A stretch of 64,000 nt of DNA, taken from assembly GCA_965216875.1 (NCBI GenBank), contig OZ244207.1:6752001-6816000 (forward strand). Reading direction: 5' to 3'. Positions 20,314-29,094 of this stretch are shown here, piece by piece; the stretch's first letter is position 1, and every line of letters begins with the position of its first letter. The notes under the pieces are model-generated. The model saw nothing but the letters and a program-made list of their open reading frames with translations. It ran no database searches and was not told the DNA's origin. The stretch comes from Rubripirellula sp. (GTDB taxonomy: Bacteria; Planctomycetota; Planctomycetia; Pirellulales; Pirellulaceae). The translations under genes and the position numbers were made by a program.

Positions 20314-21705
20314 ATGAAAACGGCTCGACACGAACTCGTTGTTCTCGGTGGGGGTCCCGCAGGATATGTGGCGGCCATTCGGGCGGCTCAGCTTGGCATT
20401 GATGTTGCCTGTATCGACGAAAACCCTCGGTTTGGCGGGACGTGCTTGCGTGTCGGTTGTATTCCCAGCAAGGCGTTGTTGGAATCAAGTCACCTCTACG
20501 AACAGGCCAAAAAGAAACTCTCGGGTCATGGTATCCAGGTTGGCAATGTCCACTTAGAGCTCGACGTGTTGATGGCACGCAAGAATTCGATTGTTGACGG
20601 TTTGACCGGTGGAATTGACCAGCTGTTCAAGGAGCGTGGTGTGACGGCGTATCACGGACGCGGTCGCTTTCGGGATGTCAGCACGATTGCGGTCGAAGGA
20701 GATGAACCGATCGCGATTGAGGCCGATCAGGTGCTCGTGTGCGCCGGCAGTCGACCCGCAAAGCTGCGCGGTGTCGAAGAGGATGACGATCGGGTTGGCA
20801 ACAGCACCACTGCACTTTCCTTTCCCGACATTCCCAAACGTTTGGTGGTGATCGGCGGCGGCTACATCGGACTTGAGCTCGGTAGCGTTTGGAACCGATT
20901 GGGCAGCGAAGTGATCGTGCTCGAAGCGCTCGATCGAATCTTGCCCGGTATCGACTCGGACATCGCCAAATTGGCGCATCGTGAATTCAAGAAACAAGGA
21001 ATCGAGTTTCATACCAGCACGTTTGTTGAATCGGCCAAGCGAGACGAAGACGGATGTTTGGTCAAAATCAAAGACGGCGAACCGATTCGGTGCGATCGAG
21101 TCTTGCTGGCGACCGGACGCACGCCAGCCACGGATGACCTTGGGCTCGAGTCGATTGGGTTGGAAACCGATCGTCATGGATTCATCGCCGTCAACGAACA
21201 TTTTGAAACTTCGGTCGAGAGTGTCTACGCAATCGGTGATTGCATCGGTGGTGCGATGTTGGCGCACAAAGCGATGGAAGAAGCGATCGTTTGCGTCGAA
21301 CAGATGGTTGGCATGGGCAGCCATATGAACTACGACGTCATCCCAGCGGTCGTTTACACCCACCCCGAGATCGCGTCGGTCGGTCAAACGGAAGACCAAC
21401 TCAAGGAAGCGGGTGTCGCCTACAACAAGGGGATCAGCCCTTTCATTGCCAACGGACGGGCTCGCACGCTTGGTGATACCGATGGTCGTGTGAAAATCTT
21501 GGCCGACAAGGCGACTGACCGCGTGCTTGGCGTTCACATCATTGGCGGTCGGGCTGGCGACATGATCGCCGAGGCGGCATCGGCAATGGAATTCGGAGCA
21601 AGCAGCGAAGACATCGCGCGTACGTGCCATGCTCATCCGACGCTTTCCGAAGCCATGCACGAAGCGGCGCTTGCAGTCGACAAACGCCCCATTCACCACA
21701 CGTAG
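20314..21705 (+). CDS. lpdA: dihydrolipoamide dehydrogenase
   Basis: GGGPAGY, GGTCLRVGCIPSK, GGGYIGLE, HAHPTLSE. Confidence 0.96.
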   Translation: MKTARHELVVLGGGPAGYVAAIRAAQLGIDVACIDENPRFGGTCLRVGCIPSKALLESSHLYEQAKKKLSGHGIQVGNVHLELDVLMARKNSIVDGLTGGIDQLFKERGVTAYHGRGRFRDVSTIAVEGDEPIAIEADQVLVCAGSRPAKLRGVEEDDDRVGNSTTALSFPDIPKRLVVIGGGYIGLELGSVWNRLGSEVIVLEALDRILPGIDSDIAKLAHREFKKQGIEFHTSTFVESAKRDEDGCLVKIKDGEPIRCDRVLLATGRTPATDDLGLESIGLETDRHGFIAVNEHFETSVESVYAIGDCIGGAMLAHKAMEEAIVCVEQMVGMGSHMNYDVIPAVVYTHPEIASVGQTEDQLKEAGVAYNKGISPFIANGRARTLGDTDGRVKILADKATDRVLGVHIIGGRAGDMIAEAASAMEFGASSEDIARTCHAHPTLSEAMHEAALAVDKRPIHHT

Positions 21706-21715
21706 ACGGCCCAAC

Positions 21716-21911
21716 GCCGCTACGCTCGCCAAAGCGTGGGAGTTTTTGAGTTCGGCCAACCAAGTTCGTAGTCCCGAGCTTTAGCCGGAATCTTCGCAAG
21801 CGCAACCCGCAGAGAGTGCCGTAGCGACGCTCGCCAGAGCGTGGGATTGGCGAAGAGCGGTTTGCCAACACGGACCACCGTCTCGCCAACGGAGCCTGAA
21901 GCCGGAATCTG
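21716..21911. repeat. BIME-like cluster of REP units (family D)
   Basis: gctacgctcgccaaagcgtggga and gtagcgacgctcgccagagcgtggga, plus two gccggaatct units. Confidence 0.75.
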
Positions 21912-22051
21912 AACACGTGTCCGCCTACACGCCGGCGCGACGACGTTCATGATCAAAGCGCCAAGTTCCAGCGCTCCCATTTCCTGCGTCTTGAGCCGTT
22001 ATCATGGTGGAGCTTCGGCCTGCATTTGTATGAATTGAACTGGAGATAGGA

Positions 22052-22636
22052 ATGTCTAACGATCCCTTCGCGCCCCCTCAAGAAGTCTCTAGTCAGGGTG
22101 CGACTGGTCAACGACCCGTTGGCGTCACCGTCTTTGCCATTCTGAATATCATCTTCGGCATCCTGGGTGTGTTGGGGTCGATCTTTACGGCGTTGATGAT
22201 GGCGGTCGGGCCGATGATACCGGCCGGTGGCCCGCCCAATCCCGTCCTCGACATGATGAACGAGAACTTGTTTTACAACGTCTTCTTGTTTGGCTCGTTG
22301 ATCTTGGGTTTCGTTTTTGCCGTCGTCTTGATCGTCGCCGGCAGTGATTTGCTGAAGATGAGGCCGCGTGGCCGGACGCTGTCGATCGTGTATGGCGTCT
22401 ACGCCGTCATCTCTTCGGTTGTTGGAACGCTGGTCAACGTCTTCGTTGTCTTCCTTCCGATGATGGAGCAAGCCCCGAACCAACAGGGCGCGCAAGCGGC
22501 GATGATTGGCGGGATGGTTGGCGGCGCGATCGGCGGCTGCATCGGGTTGATCTACCCTGTTGCTGTCTTGATCTACTTTTTACGCGCACAAACCAAAGCA
22601 GCGTTTGAAGCGGCTGATGCAGCATCAAGGGCGTAG
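22052..22636 (+). CDS. four-TM membrane protein
   Basis: DPFAPP N-terminus, RPVGVTVFAILNIIFG, LIYPV. Confidence 0.85.
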   Translation: MSNDPFAPPQEVSSQGATGQRPVGVTVFAILNIIFGILGVLGSIFTALMMAVGPMIPAGGPPNPVLDMMNENLFYNVFLFGSLILGFVFAVVLIVAGSDLLKMRPRGRTLSIVYGVYAVISSVVGTLVNVFVVFLPMMEQAPNQQGAQAAMIGGMVGGAIGGCIGLIYPVAVLIYFLRAQTKAAFEAADAASRA

Positions 22637-22666
22637 TGATCACAGCGCGTGTTTGCAGCGCGCGGT

Positions 22667-23563
22667 TTAGTTGGCCTGTTCAGGAAAGTCGGCGCGAAAA
22701 CGTTTGATTAACTTGTCGATGTCGGCGGGGACGACATACAGTTTGCCGCGAATCGTCTTCGTTTCGCCTGGGGCGAGACCGCCGATGCGAAAGTCGTTAT
22801 GCAGGCAGGTGATCACGCCCTGAAAAACCTCTTGGTACGGTTGCCAGGCAACCGCAAGGATCATCGATTCATCAGCCGAGAAACATCCTGTAAGTCCACT
22901 CGAAGGGATAATGTTACTCAAGGGGCGCGGGTTCACATCATCACGGTCAACGGTGGCGGGCGCATAGACTTGGCCTGGAACATAGCGTGCTTCGAGTGCC
23001 CATGGCTTGGTCGGCATACGTGTGACGTTGCCGTTAACCATCAAGAAACACTTCTTGATATAGGGCGGGTAAACCTCTCTCGAATTCGCTTTGTCCGTTC
23101 CCGTGAAACGATCGATGCGCATGCAGGGTTGCGCCCAATGTGCCTGCGAAACCTTGTCCGTCGGGTTCGTCGCCTTCAGTTCGAAAGTGACCTCGTCTTT
23201 GCCCGCTTCGATCACGTGATGAACGATCACGCCGTCATCAAGTCGGTCTTCGATCTCGATGCGTTTTCCGTTGGATGTAGCGGAAACGAGCTTGCTCTCG
23301 TGCGGGATGACCGTTTCGTGCCAGTCGCGGTCGGTTGATCCTGGCCGGCAATAGGCTTCAAGGTAATGCGTTCGAATCGGACCACCAGGGATCGAATCAC
23401 CGCGGACCTCCAGGTAACGCTCTGACCAATGAACGGAAAGACCCTGAGCAAAGAGGCTGGTTTGAAGGCTGCCAAGTAGCACCAAGCCCGCCGTCATCAC
23501 CGTCAACGAGAACCAGCGATGCGGTTGCGAATGTAGTAAGCCAAACTGTCGTTCGTTGTTCAT
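22667..23563 (-). CDS. secreted hypothetical protein
   Basis: signal-like segment; YLEAYCRPGSTDRDW, HWAQPCMR, CLHNDFRIGGL. Confidence 0.8.
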   Translation of the reverse strand: MNNERQFGLLHSQPHRWFSLTVMTAGLVLLGSLQTSLFAQGLSVHWSERYLEVRGDSIPGGPIRTHYLEAYCRPGSTDRDWHETVIPHESKLVSATSNGKRIEIEDRLDDGVIVHHVIEAGKDEVTFELKATNPTDKVSQAHWAQPCMRIDRFTGTDKANSREVYPPYIKKCFLMVNGNVTRMPTKPWALEARYVPGQVYAPATVDRDDVNPRPLSNIIPSSGLTGCFSADESMILAVAWQPYQEVFQGVITCLHNDFRIGGLAPGETKTIRGKLYVVPADIDKLIKRFRADFPEQAN

Positions 23564-23608
23564 GGCTCGCGAAGGTCCTTTCACCTAACAGAGCTACTTT
23601 CAACAGAA

Positions 23609-25807
23609 TCATTGGCCGCGAATTCGGCTGGCAGCTCGTTCGATTGCATTGACGATGACTGCGTTGTTTTGTCTGTCGGCAGCGTAAGGGTGTGATGAAC
23701 AGTGTTTCATTTTGTGCTTCAAAACCCGGTCACCCATTTCGGGGTTTCTGGCTCGCTCGTGCAGCTGGAAGAACATGGCCCAATCGGAGTTTCCGTCGTT
23801 CAACTTGCGACGGACATATTCATCAAAGCCACGTTCGATCCGCTTTGCGTCGTACGAACGCCAACCGCCCGGATGTCGATAGACGTCGAATGTTCGTAAC
23901 GCGACCAATCGAAAGTAGAGCACATCGCCGGACGCCCCTTCGACCATCTTTGAAAGCGACAGAAAGTAGCTCATCACATCACCAAATTCTCCATACCATT
24001 GGGGCAGAAGTTTGTATGCCAATGAAGCGTGGGGGTCGACTTCACCCGGATACAGTTCCATGGCACGGCGGCAGATGCCATCAACCGCTTCGAGTTCGCC
24101 CTGTGTTTCTAACCCGTGCTGAACGGCCAATTCGAAGGCGAGCAGCGGAGGAGTTTCGTGTTTGAGCGCGAGGTCCAAGTCCTCCTTGGTGGCTTGCAGG
24201 AATTCTTGATAACCCTTGTGTCCTTCTTGGGTGATCTCGTGTGCGTACCCACTTCCGCGCGCCCGCCATGCGAGCCGGTAATTCCGTAGGGCACTTGCGG
24301 TCAGCGCGAAGACATCCCCGCTGTCACGCCACTTTTCAAGGTTCTTGAGTGAGTCGCCCTCGGGTTCGTTTTCGTCGAGGTAGCGCCAGTGTTCGCCGAT
24401 ATCGCGGATGATCTCAGAGTAGAGCTCGACGCTTGGTTTGCCAAAGGCAACGCGATTCTGTGATCGAATGATCTTGAGCAGACGAACAATCGTTTCGATA
24501 TCGTCGTTCTTGATCCACTGCGAGAGCCAATATCGATGGCGAAAGGCGATTGGAGAACGATAGACGTCGCGTTTGATAACGGTGATTCCCTCGGAACCAA
24601 GCAGCGCGACGTTGGCGCCGATTCTGCTGTGCGACATCCGCTGGGGTACTTCGTCCAGCACAACCGGTAGCGAGTGGTTTTGCGAGATGGTGCCATGCTC
24701 GAACAGGATGGTTTGCTCGCCGTCGCCTATCCAACGCCGTCCAACGACGAGTAACCAGTTGGTGGCCGGATCATCGGTTGCTTGCGAAACGATCAAAGGC
24801 TGCCAAAGCATTCGGTAACCGCCCGTGCGACGTGGGCCATCCCCATTGGCTTGGGTGAAAAGAATGCCGTCGCCGTCCGCCCAAACATCGGTGTAGGCCC
24901 CACTGGTGACCGAGACTTCGGGAAAGAGTTCAATGGAAGTGTGATCGACGTAATCAACGAGTTGAAAGTTCTGCTGCAAGTACGTGCGAGCACGCCCCTC
25001 TTGGCTGACGCACAATCGCGAGCCATCAGGGCTAAGTCCGACCGAATCAAAGGTTTCGTCACCGACGTTGTAGGCCGAAAAGTACTCAAGCCCTGGGTCA
25101 CCACCAAAGAGTTTTCCGGATTCGGTTCGAATGACCATCGCTTTGTCGTCATCATTGACGATCCACTGGGCGATCGTATCGCCGCAGCCAGGGCTGGTGG
25201 CCATCACAGAACCATCTTTGCTGCTGATTCGAACCAAACGCTCTGCGCTGGCGACCAGAATGTCATTGGTCGAACCGCAGAATCGTACCGCATTGACCGG
25301 CGGATCGGCTGTGGCAAGTTTGCCAGGCAATGCCAAGTGCCCAATCAACGTGCCGTCATTTGCGTTGTAGAGTGCTAGCCCTTTGTCGTCGATTGCGACT
25401 AACCGTTTGCCATCGACCGACATGTCAAATGCTTGGGGACCACGGAATTGTTCGTTCGCAAGCGAGAGAACGACATTGGGTTTTTCTGAGTGGGGTGTGT
25501 ACGCGTGACGAAGGATCTCGCGGGCATGTTCATCGAGGTCCGTTTCATCCCAAGGCACCAAGTCCGCTGCCACTGGGTCGATTGTCTTCAACCGTTCGGA
25601 GAACGATGTCATGTAAGCCATTTGTGGCGGCTTGGCGACAACGTATCCCTCGCGCGTCAAAGGCCAGTCGTAGTTGTTGGGGTTGTCGGCGGTCAGCTCG
25701 ATGGCCGGTATCGTCGGTGAGAAACGAGCGGTGCTGTAGATCGGGTCATTGCACCCGCAGCAACACGCTGTCAACGTCAGCAGGATGAGTTTGCAGGGTC
25801 GACTCAT
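23609..25807 (-). CDS. lipoprotein with beta-propeller-like N-half and DUF4034-like C-half
   Basis: LTACCCGC lipobox-like; SVDGKRL and SPDGSRL blades; AWRARGSGYA and LLPQWYG motifs. Confidence 0.75.
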   Translation of the reverse strand: MSRPCKLILLTLTACCCGCNDPIYSTARFSPTIPAIELTADNPNNYDWPLTREGYVVAKPPQMAYMTSFSERLKTIDPVAADLVPWDETDLDEHAREILRHAYTPHSEKPNVVLSLANEQFRGPQAFDMSVDGKRLVAIDDKGLALYNANDGTLIGHLALPGKLATADPPVNAVRFCGSTNDILVASAERLVRISSKDGSVMATSPGCGDTIAQWIVNDDDKAMVIRTESGKLFGGDPGLEYFSAYNVGDETFDSVGLSPDGSRLCVSQEGRARTYLQQNFQLVDYVDHTSIELFPEVSVTSGAYTDVWADGDGILFTQANGDGPRRTGGYRMLWQPLIVSQATDDPATNWLLVVGRRWIGDGEQTILFEHGTISQNHSLPVVLDEVPQRMSHSRIGANVALLGSEGITVIKRDVYRSPIAFRHRYWLSQWIKNDDIETIVRLLKIIRSQNRVAFGKPSVELYSEIIRDIGEHWRYLDENEPEGDSLKNLEKWRDSGDVFALTASALRNYRLAWRARGSGYAHEITQEGHKGYQEFLQATKEDLDLALKHETPPLLAFELAVQHGLETQGELEAVDGICRRAMELYPGEVDPHASLAYKLLPQWYGEFGDVMSYFLSLSKMVEGASGDVLYFRLVALRTFDVYRHPGGWRSYDAKRIERGFDEYVRRKLNDGNSDWAMFFQLHERARNPEMGDRVLKHKMKHCSSHPYAADRQNNAVIVNAIERAASRIRGQ

Positions 25808-28800
25808 GGCTGCACCTCTTCATTTGACTCAACCGACGATCCAGACGCTTCAAGTTGTTCGGATGGCGTTGTTGATTCATCTACTTTGGCAGGTACCTCG
25901 GTCGCGTCGACCGACCCCGTGATTTCGACAAAGGGAGATGGCACTTCGTCCGGATCGTCTGGGTCGGGTGCTTGATCGGAGGCAGGTTCTTCGATCTCGA
26001 TCGGTTCGTCTGAGCCCCGCGTGGCTTCCGCCGCTTGGCTGAATGCCTGTCCAAGCAGTCGCCCGATTTGCGTTCCGATCGGTGCGCTTGGTCCGGAAAA
26101 AATGGTCGCTGATCCTGAAGGGGCAATGATGACTTGCCCGCCCGCTCCGGTCGGGCCGCCAACCATGACCTGCTCGATCTCCAAGAAATAGTCTGTGTTG
26201 ATGAGGGCTTTGGGCTCCCAGTTGATGTCCTCGCCCATCATCATTCGTCTCTCTTTCGCCTCGTGATAGGTCGCCACGCGTCGCGAGCCAAGCAGGTTGG
26301 TCATCACCGAGGTGGGGACGTCTGATGTCGAGACGTCGAAGGTCAATCGCCGGTGCCGGGCGGCAATGAGCGAGAGCTTCTGTGGGTCAAGTTTGCATCC
26401 GCGTAGCGATAGATGTTCGAGCATATCGCCATTTTGGATGATCGCATCAAGCATCTCGGCGGTCACTCGCGAATTCGAAAGGTCGACTCGACGCAGTGTG
26501 CCTTTGCCCATCAGCGTTTTGAACGTCTCAGGCTCGAGGCCGATGTCCCCCACCAACAGTTCCGAAATGCTAGTGTCCTTGAGGAAATCTAAGTCGGATG
26601 CATTTAGGCCCTTTGCCCCGCTTACGAAGAGGCTCGATAGATGCGCGTCTTTAATGAACCGCTGCAACGCAGGTCCGGTGATCTCGGTGTCGCGCAGGTC
26701 AAGGTGCTGCAGTTGGGGTTGCGCGCCCCAAGCTTCCAGCACGGAGTCGTCGACTTCGGCACCGGGCAAGCTAAGCGAATTCAGCTTCTTGAGATTGGCT
26801 AGTTGGCGAGTCGCATCGGTGGTCGCGTTAGGGTAGGCCAACGTCAGCGTTTTTAGCTCAGAGCATTTCGCGAGCTCTTCGACGACCGCATCGTTGATTT
26901 CGGATCCACCGCCCGCGAACGTCTGCAAACCACCAACACCGCTCAGTTTGATGTGTGCGGGAGATTGGAGAACCAATCGCTTTATCGACGAGGCATTCGT
27001 CAGTTCCACGTTTTGAGCAAAGCTGAGATCAAGCGACATCTCGAGGTTAGGGACGTTGATCAACTTGACGCTATTGATGAAACCATAGTCGTCGTCGTAG
27101 TCAAACGTCTTGAGTGAGGGTTGGTCGACGATTTCAAGGGCAAAGTCATCAATGACATACGTGCCCTGCCCCGTGAAGTTGACCGTCGGATAAGAAAGGT
27201 GCTCGAGATTCGGGAAGGTCTTGAGAATCCATTTGAGTGCAGTGGGATCGCCCTCGTTCTGTTTGACTTCAAGCCGCCTCAGTTCATCCATTCCTTCAAG
27301 TGTCTTCCATTGCTTGAAGTTGGTGGCCGAATTGTTGAGCAACAGTTCCTTGATGCCTTTGTTGTTGACCAGCGGCGAAAAATCTGCATTGGCCAGTGGG
27401 ACGGCATCGAGGTCAATCAACGTTGGTCCATCGCTGCGTCCGAGACCTTCGATCAGGGCTTTTGCGGCACCGTCGCTTAACGTTTCGGAGTACGTTTCAG
27501 CGCTGACGGTGCGGTGAAAGGCTCCCACGCCTAAGAATTTGAATGCGGGCGTTCCCTGAACCCGAAAGTGTTCGAGATCGACGCCAAAGATCGTGAACTT
27601 TTCGAGCAGCGGTGCATCTTCGATCTCGAAACGCGAACACCACAGTGTTCCTGGCACTTTGCCCCCGCGTGGCAACCGGGCTTGCCAATCGGTTTCCAGG
27701 TGTTTGATTTCGGTGAGTTCCGGAAGCCGCCGTAGCGTCAGATCAAACTTCTGAAACACGTCCAGCTCGATCTTCGAAAACCGTGGCAAATCGGTGAGGG
27801 CGACTTTCATCGCAACAGGATTCGCTTGGGAATCGAGTTCGTTGATGGTTAGTGTTTGGAGGTTGGGCCATCCTTCGATCTCTAAGGTGGCGACGTCGCC
27901 TGGATCGGGATGGCCGACGGTAAGCACTTCGATCGAATCGGACCACGGAGGCGTTTGGAGGTCCCCGAGTACGACATCGCTGCGAATCAGGTTGAGCCGT
28001 TGCAGCTTGTTGGGCAGTGCCCCGATGGCTTCAGCAGAAACATTGGTTCGGGAGAGATTGAGCGTTTTTAAACGTGGAACTGAGGCGATGCATTGGATGG
28101 TGTGTCCCGTGATCACGCGACCCGAGATGCGCACGTCGTGTAGATGTGGGCGATTGGCAAGCTGCTCGAGCCTTTGAAGGTCATATTGACCACCGCCCAA
28201 TCGCAAGCATGTTGTGGGCTGGTTGGCGATTGCTTTTTCGGCAAGCTCATCACTTGGGTATTCCACACGGATGCGACGTACTTTGCGAAGACGCGTCAGC
28301 ATCGCGTCGGGCAACCTTGATGCGAGCAGGCTGGGCACCCAAGTTGACATCGTCGCATGGCCGCCTTCGTTGCGAACCTCTTGAACGAGCTGCGTTTGCT
28401 TGCGATGAACAACTCCCAATCGTTGCCAATAACCAAATGGGATCGCAAGCAGGATCGTTAGCGTCAGAAGGTCCGCGATCGAGATCGATCGTTTCTTCAT
28501 TCTGCGAAGGATGACACGTCGATTTCGGCGATAGACAAAGAAGACGATCACGGTGACGACGAAGACGGCCAAGCCAAGATCAAACGCGAACGCTTGAATG
28601 GAAAAGACGCGTAAGGGCGATTCGTTCACTTCATCGGCTGAATAGTCGATCAGGTAACGGTAGGGCCAGCCCGCCATGACAGGCGTTGTGCTTTGTTCGA
28701 ATTGAAAGTCAACACGCGACGTTACATCGCCAATCACTTTCACTTCGCTGTACTGGTACGGCAAATTCAGGATTGTCGCGACCAAGCAAAGAATCAACGC

Positions 28801-28995
28801 GACGCCAATGGTTGATGCGCGGAGGCTTTTTTGTGCGGCTTGCTGGTCAGCGCCGGATGGATCGCTCTGTTGGTCAAGTGCCTGCGCTGGCTCGCTTTGT
28901 GGTTGGGCTTGCTGGGGTTGTGCCTCGCGTGCGACGTGCGCGTCGCTTGGTGATGCCTCAACCTCAGCGTGCCCATCGAGATCGTCGCTTGTCAT
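25804..28995 (-). CDS. membrane-anchored leucine-rich repeat protein
   Basis: three N-terminal TM segments (GWP motif); many LxxLxL repeats (LKTLNLSRTNVS, LQHLDLRDTEIT); acidic tail. Confidence 0.88.
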   Translation of the reverse strand: MTSDDLDGHAEVEASPSDAHVAREAQPQQAQPQSEPAQALDQQSDPSGADQQAAQKSLRASTIGVALILCLVATILNLPYQYSEVKVIGDVTSRVDFQFEQSTTPVMAGWPYRYLIDYSADEVNESPLRVFSIQAFAFDLGLAVFVVTVIVFFVYRRNRRVILRRMKKRSISIADLLTLTILLAIPFGYWQRLGVVHRKQTQLVQEVRNEGGHATMSTWVPSLLASRLPDAMLTRLRKVRRIRVEYPSDELAEKAIANQPTTCLRLGGGQYDLQRLEQLANRPHLHDVRISGRVITGHTIQCIASVPRLKTLNLSRTNVSAEAIGALPNKLQRLNLIRSDVVLGDLQTPPWSDSIEVLTVGHPDPGDVATLEIEGWPNLQTLTINELDSQANPVAMKVALTDLPRFSKIELDVFQKFDLTLRRLPELTEIKHLETDWQARLPRGGKVPGTLWCSRFEIEDAPLLEKFTIFGVDLEHFRVQGTPAFKFLGVGAFHRTVSAETYSETLSDGAAKALIEGLGRSDGPTLIDLDAVPLANADFSPLVNNKGIKELLLNNSATNFKQWKTLEGMDELRRLEVKQNEGDPTALKWILKTFPNLEHLSYPTVNFTGQGTYVIDDFALEIVDQPSLKTFDYDDDYGFINSVKLINVPNLEMSLDLSFAQNVELTNASSIKRLVLQSPAHIKLSGVGGLQTFAGGGSEINDAVVEELAKCSELKTLTLAYPNATTDATRQLANLKKLNSLSLPGAEVDDSVLEAWGAQPQLQHLDLRDTEITGPALQRFIKDAHLSSLFVSGAKGLNASDLDFLKDTSISELLVGDIGLEPETFKTLMGKGTLRRVDLSNSRVTAEMLDAIIQNGDMLEHLSLRGCKLDPQKLSLIAARHRRLTFDVSTSDVPTSVMTNLLGSRRVATYHEAKERRMMMGEDINWEPKALINTDYFLEIEQVMVGGPTGAGGQVIIAPSGSATIFSGPSAPIGTQIGRLLGQAFSQAAEATRGSDEPIEIEEPASDQAPDPDDPDEVPSPFVEITGSVDATEVPAKVDESTTPSEQLEASGSSVESNEEVQP

Positions 28996-29094
28996 ATAAG
29001 ATTTAGATAAGAGTGAGAAACATCACGCTCATCCAATGTGACACAGAGGTTTTCCAATAGCAAGTTTCTGCGTCCGCACTCGACTCAAAGCCGG

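Noticed and set aside
20554..21759. 401-aa antisense ORF over lpdA (similar ORFs at 33751-34875, 43884-44903, 51680-52885)
   Set aside because: Shadow ORFs opposite well-supported genes in GC-rich DNA, with no recognisable motifs
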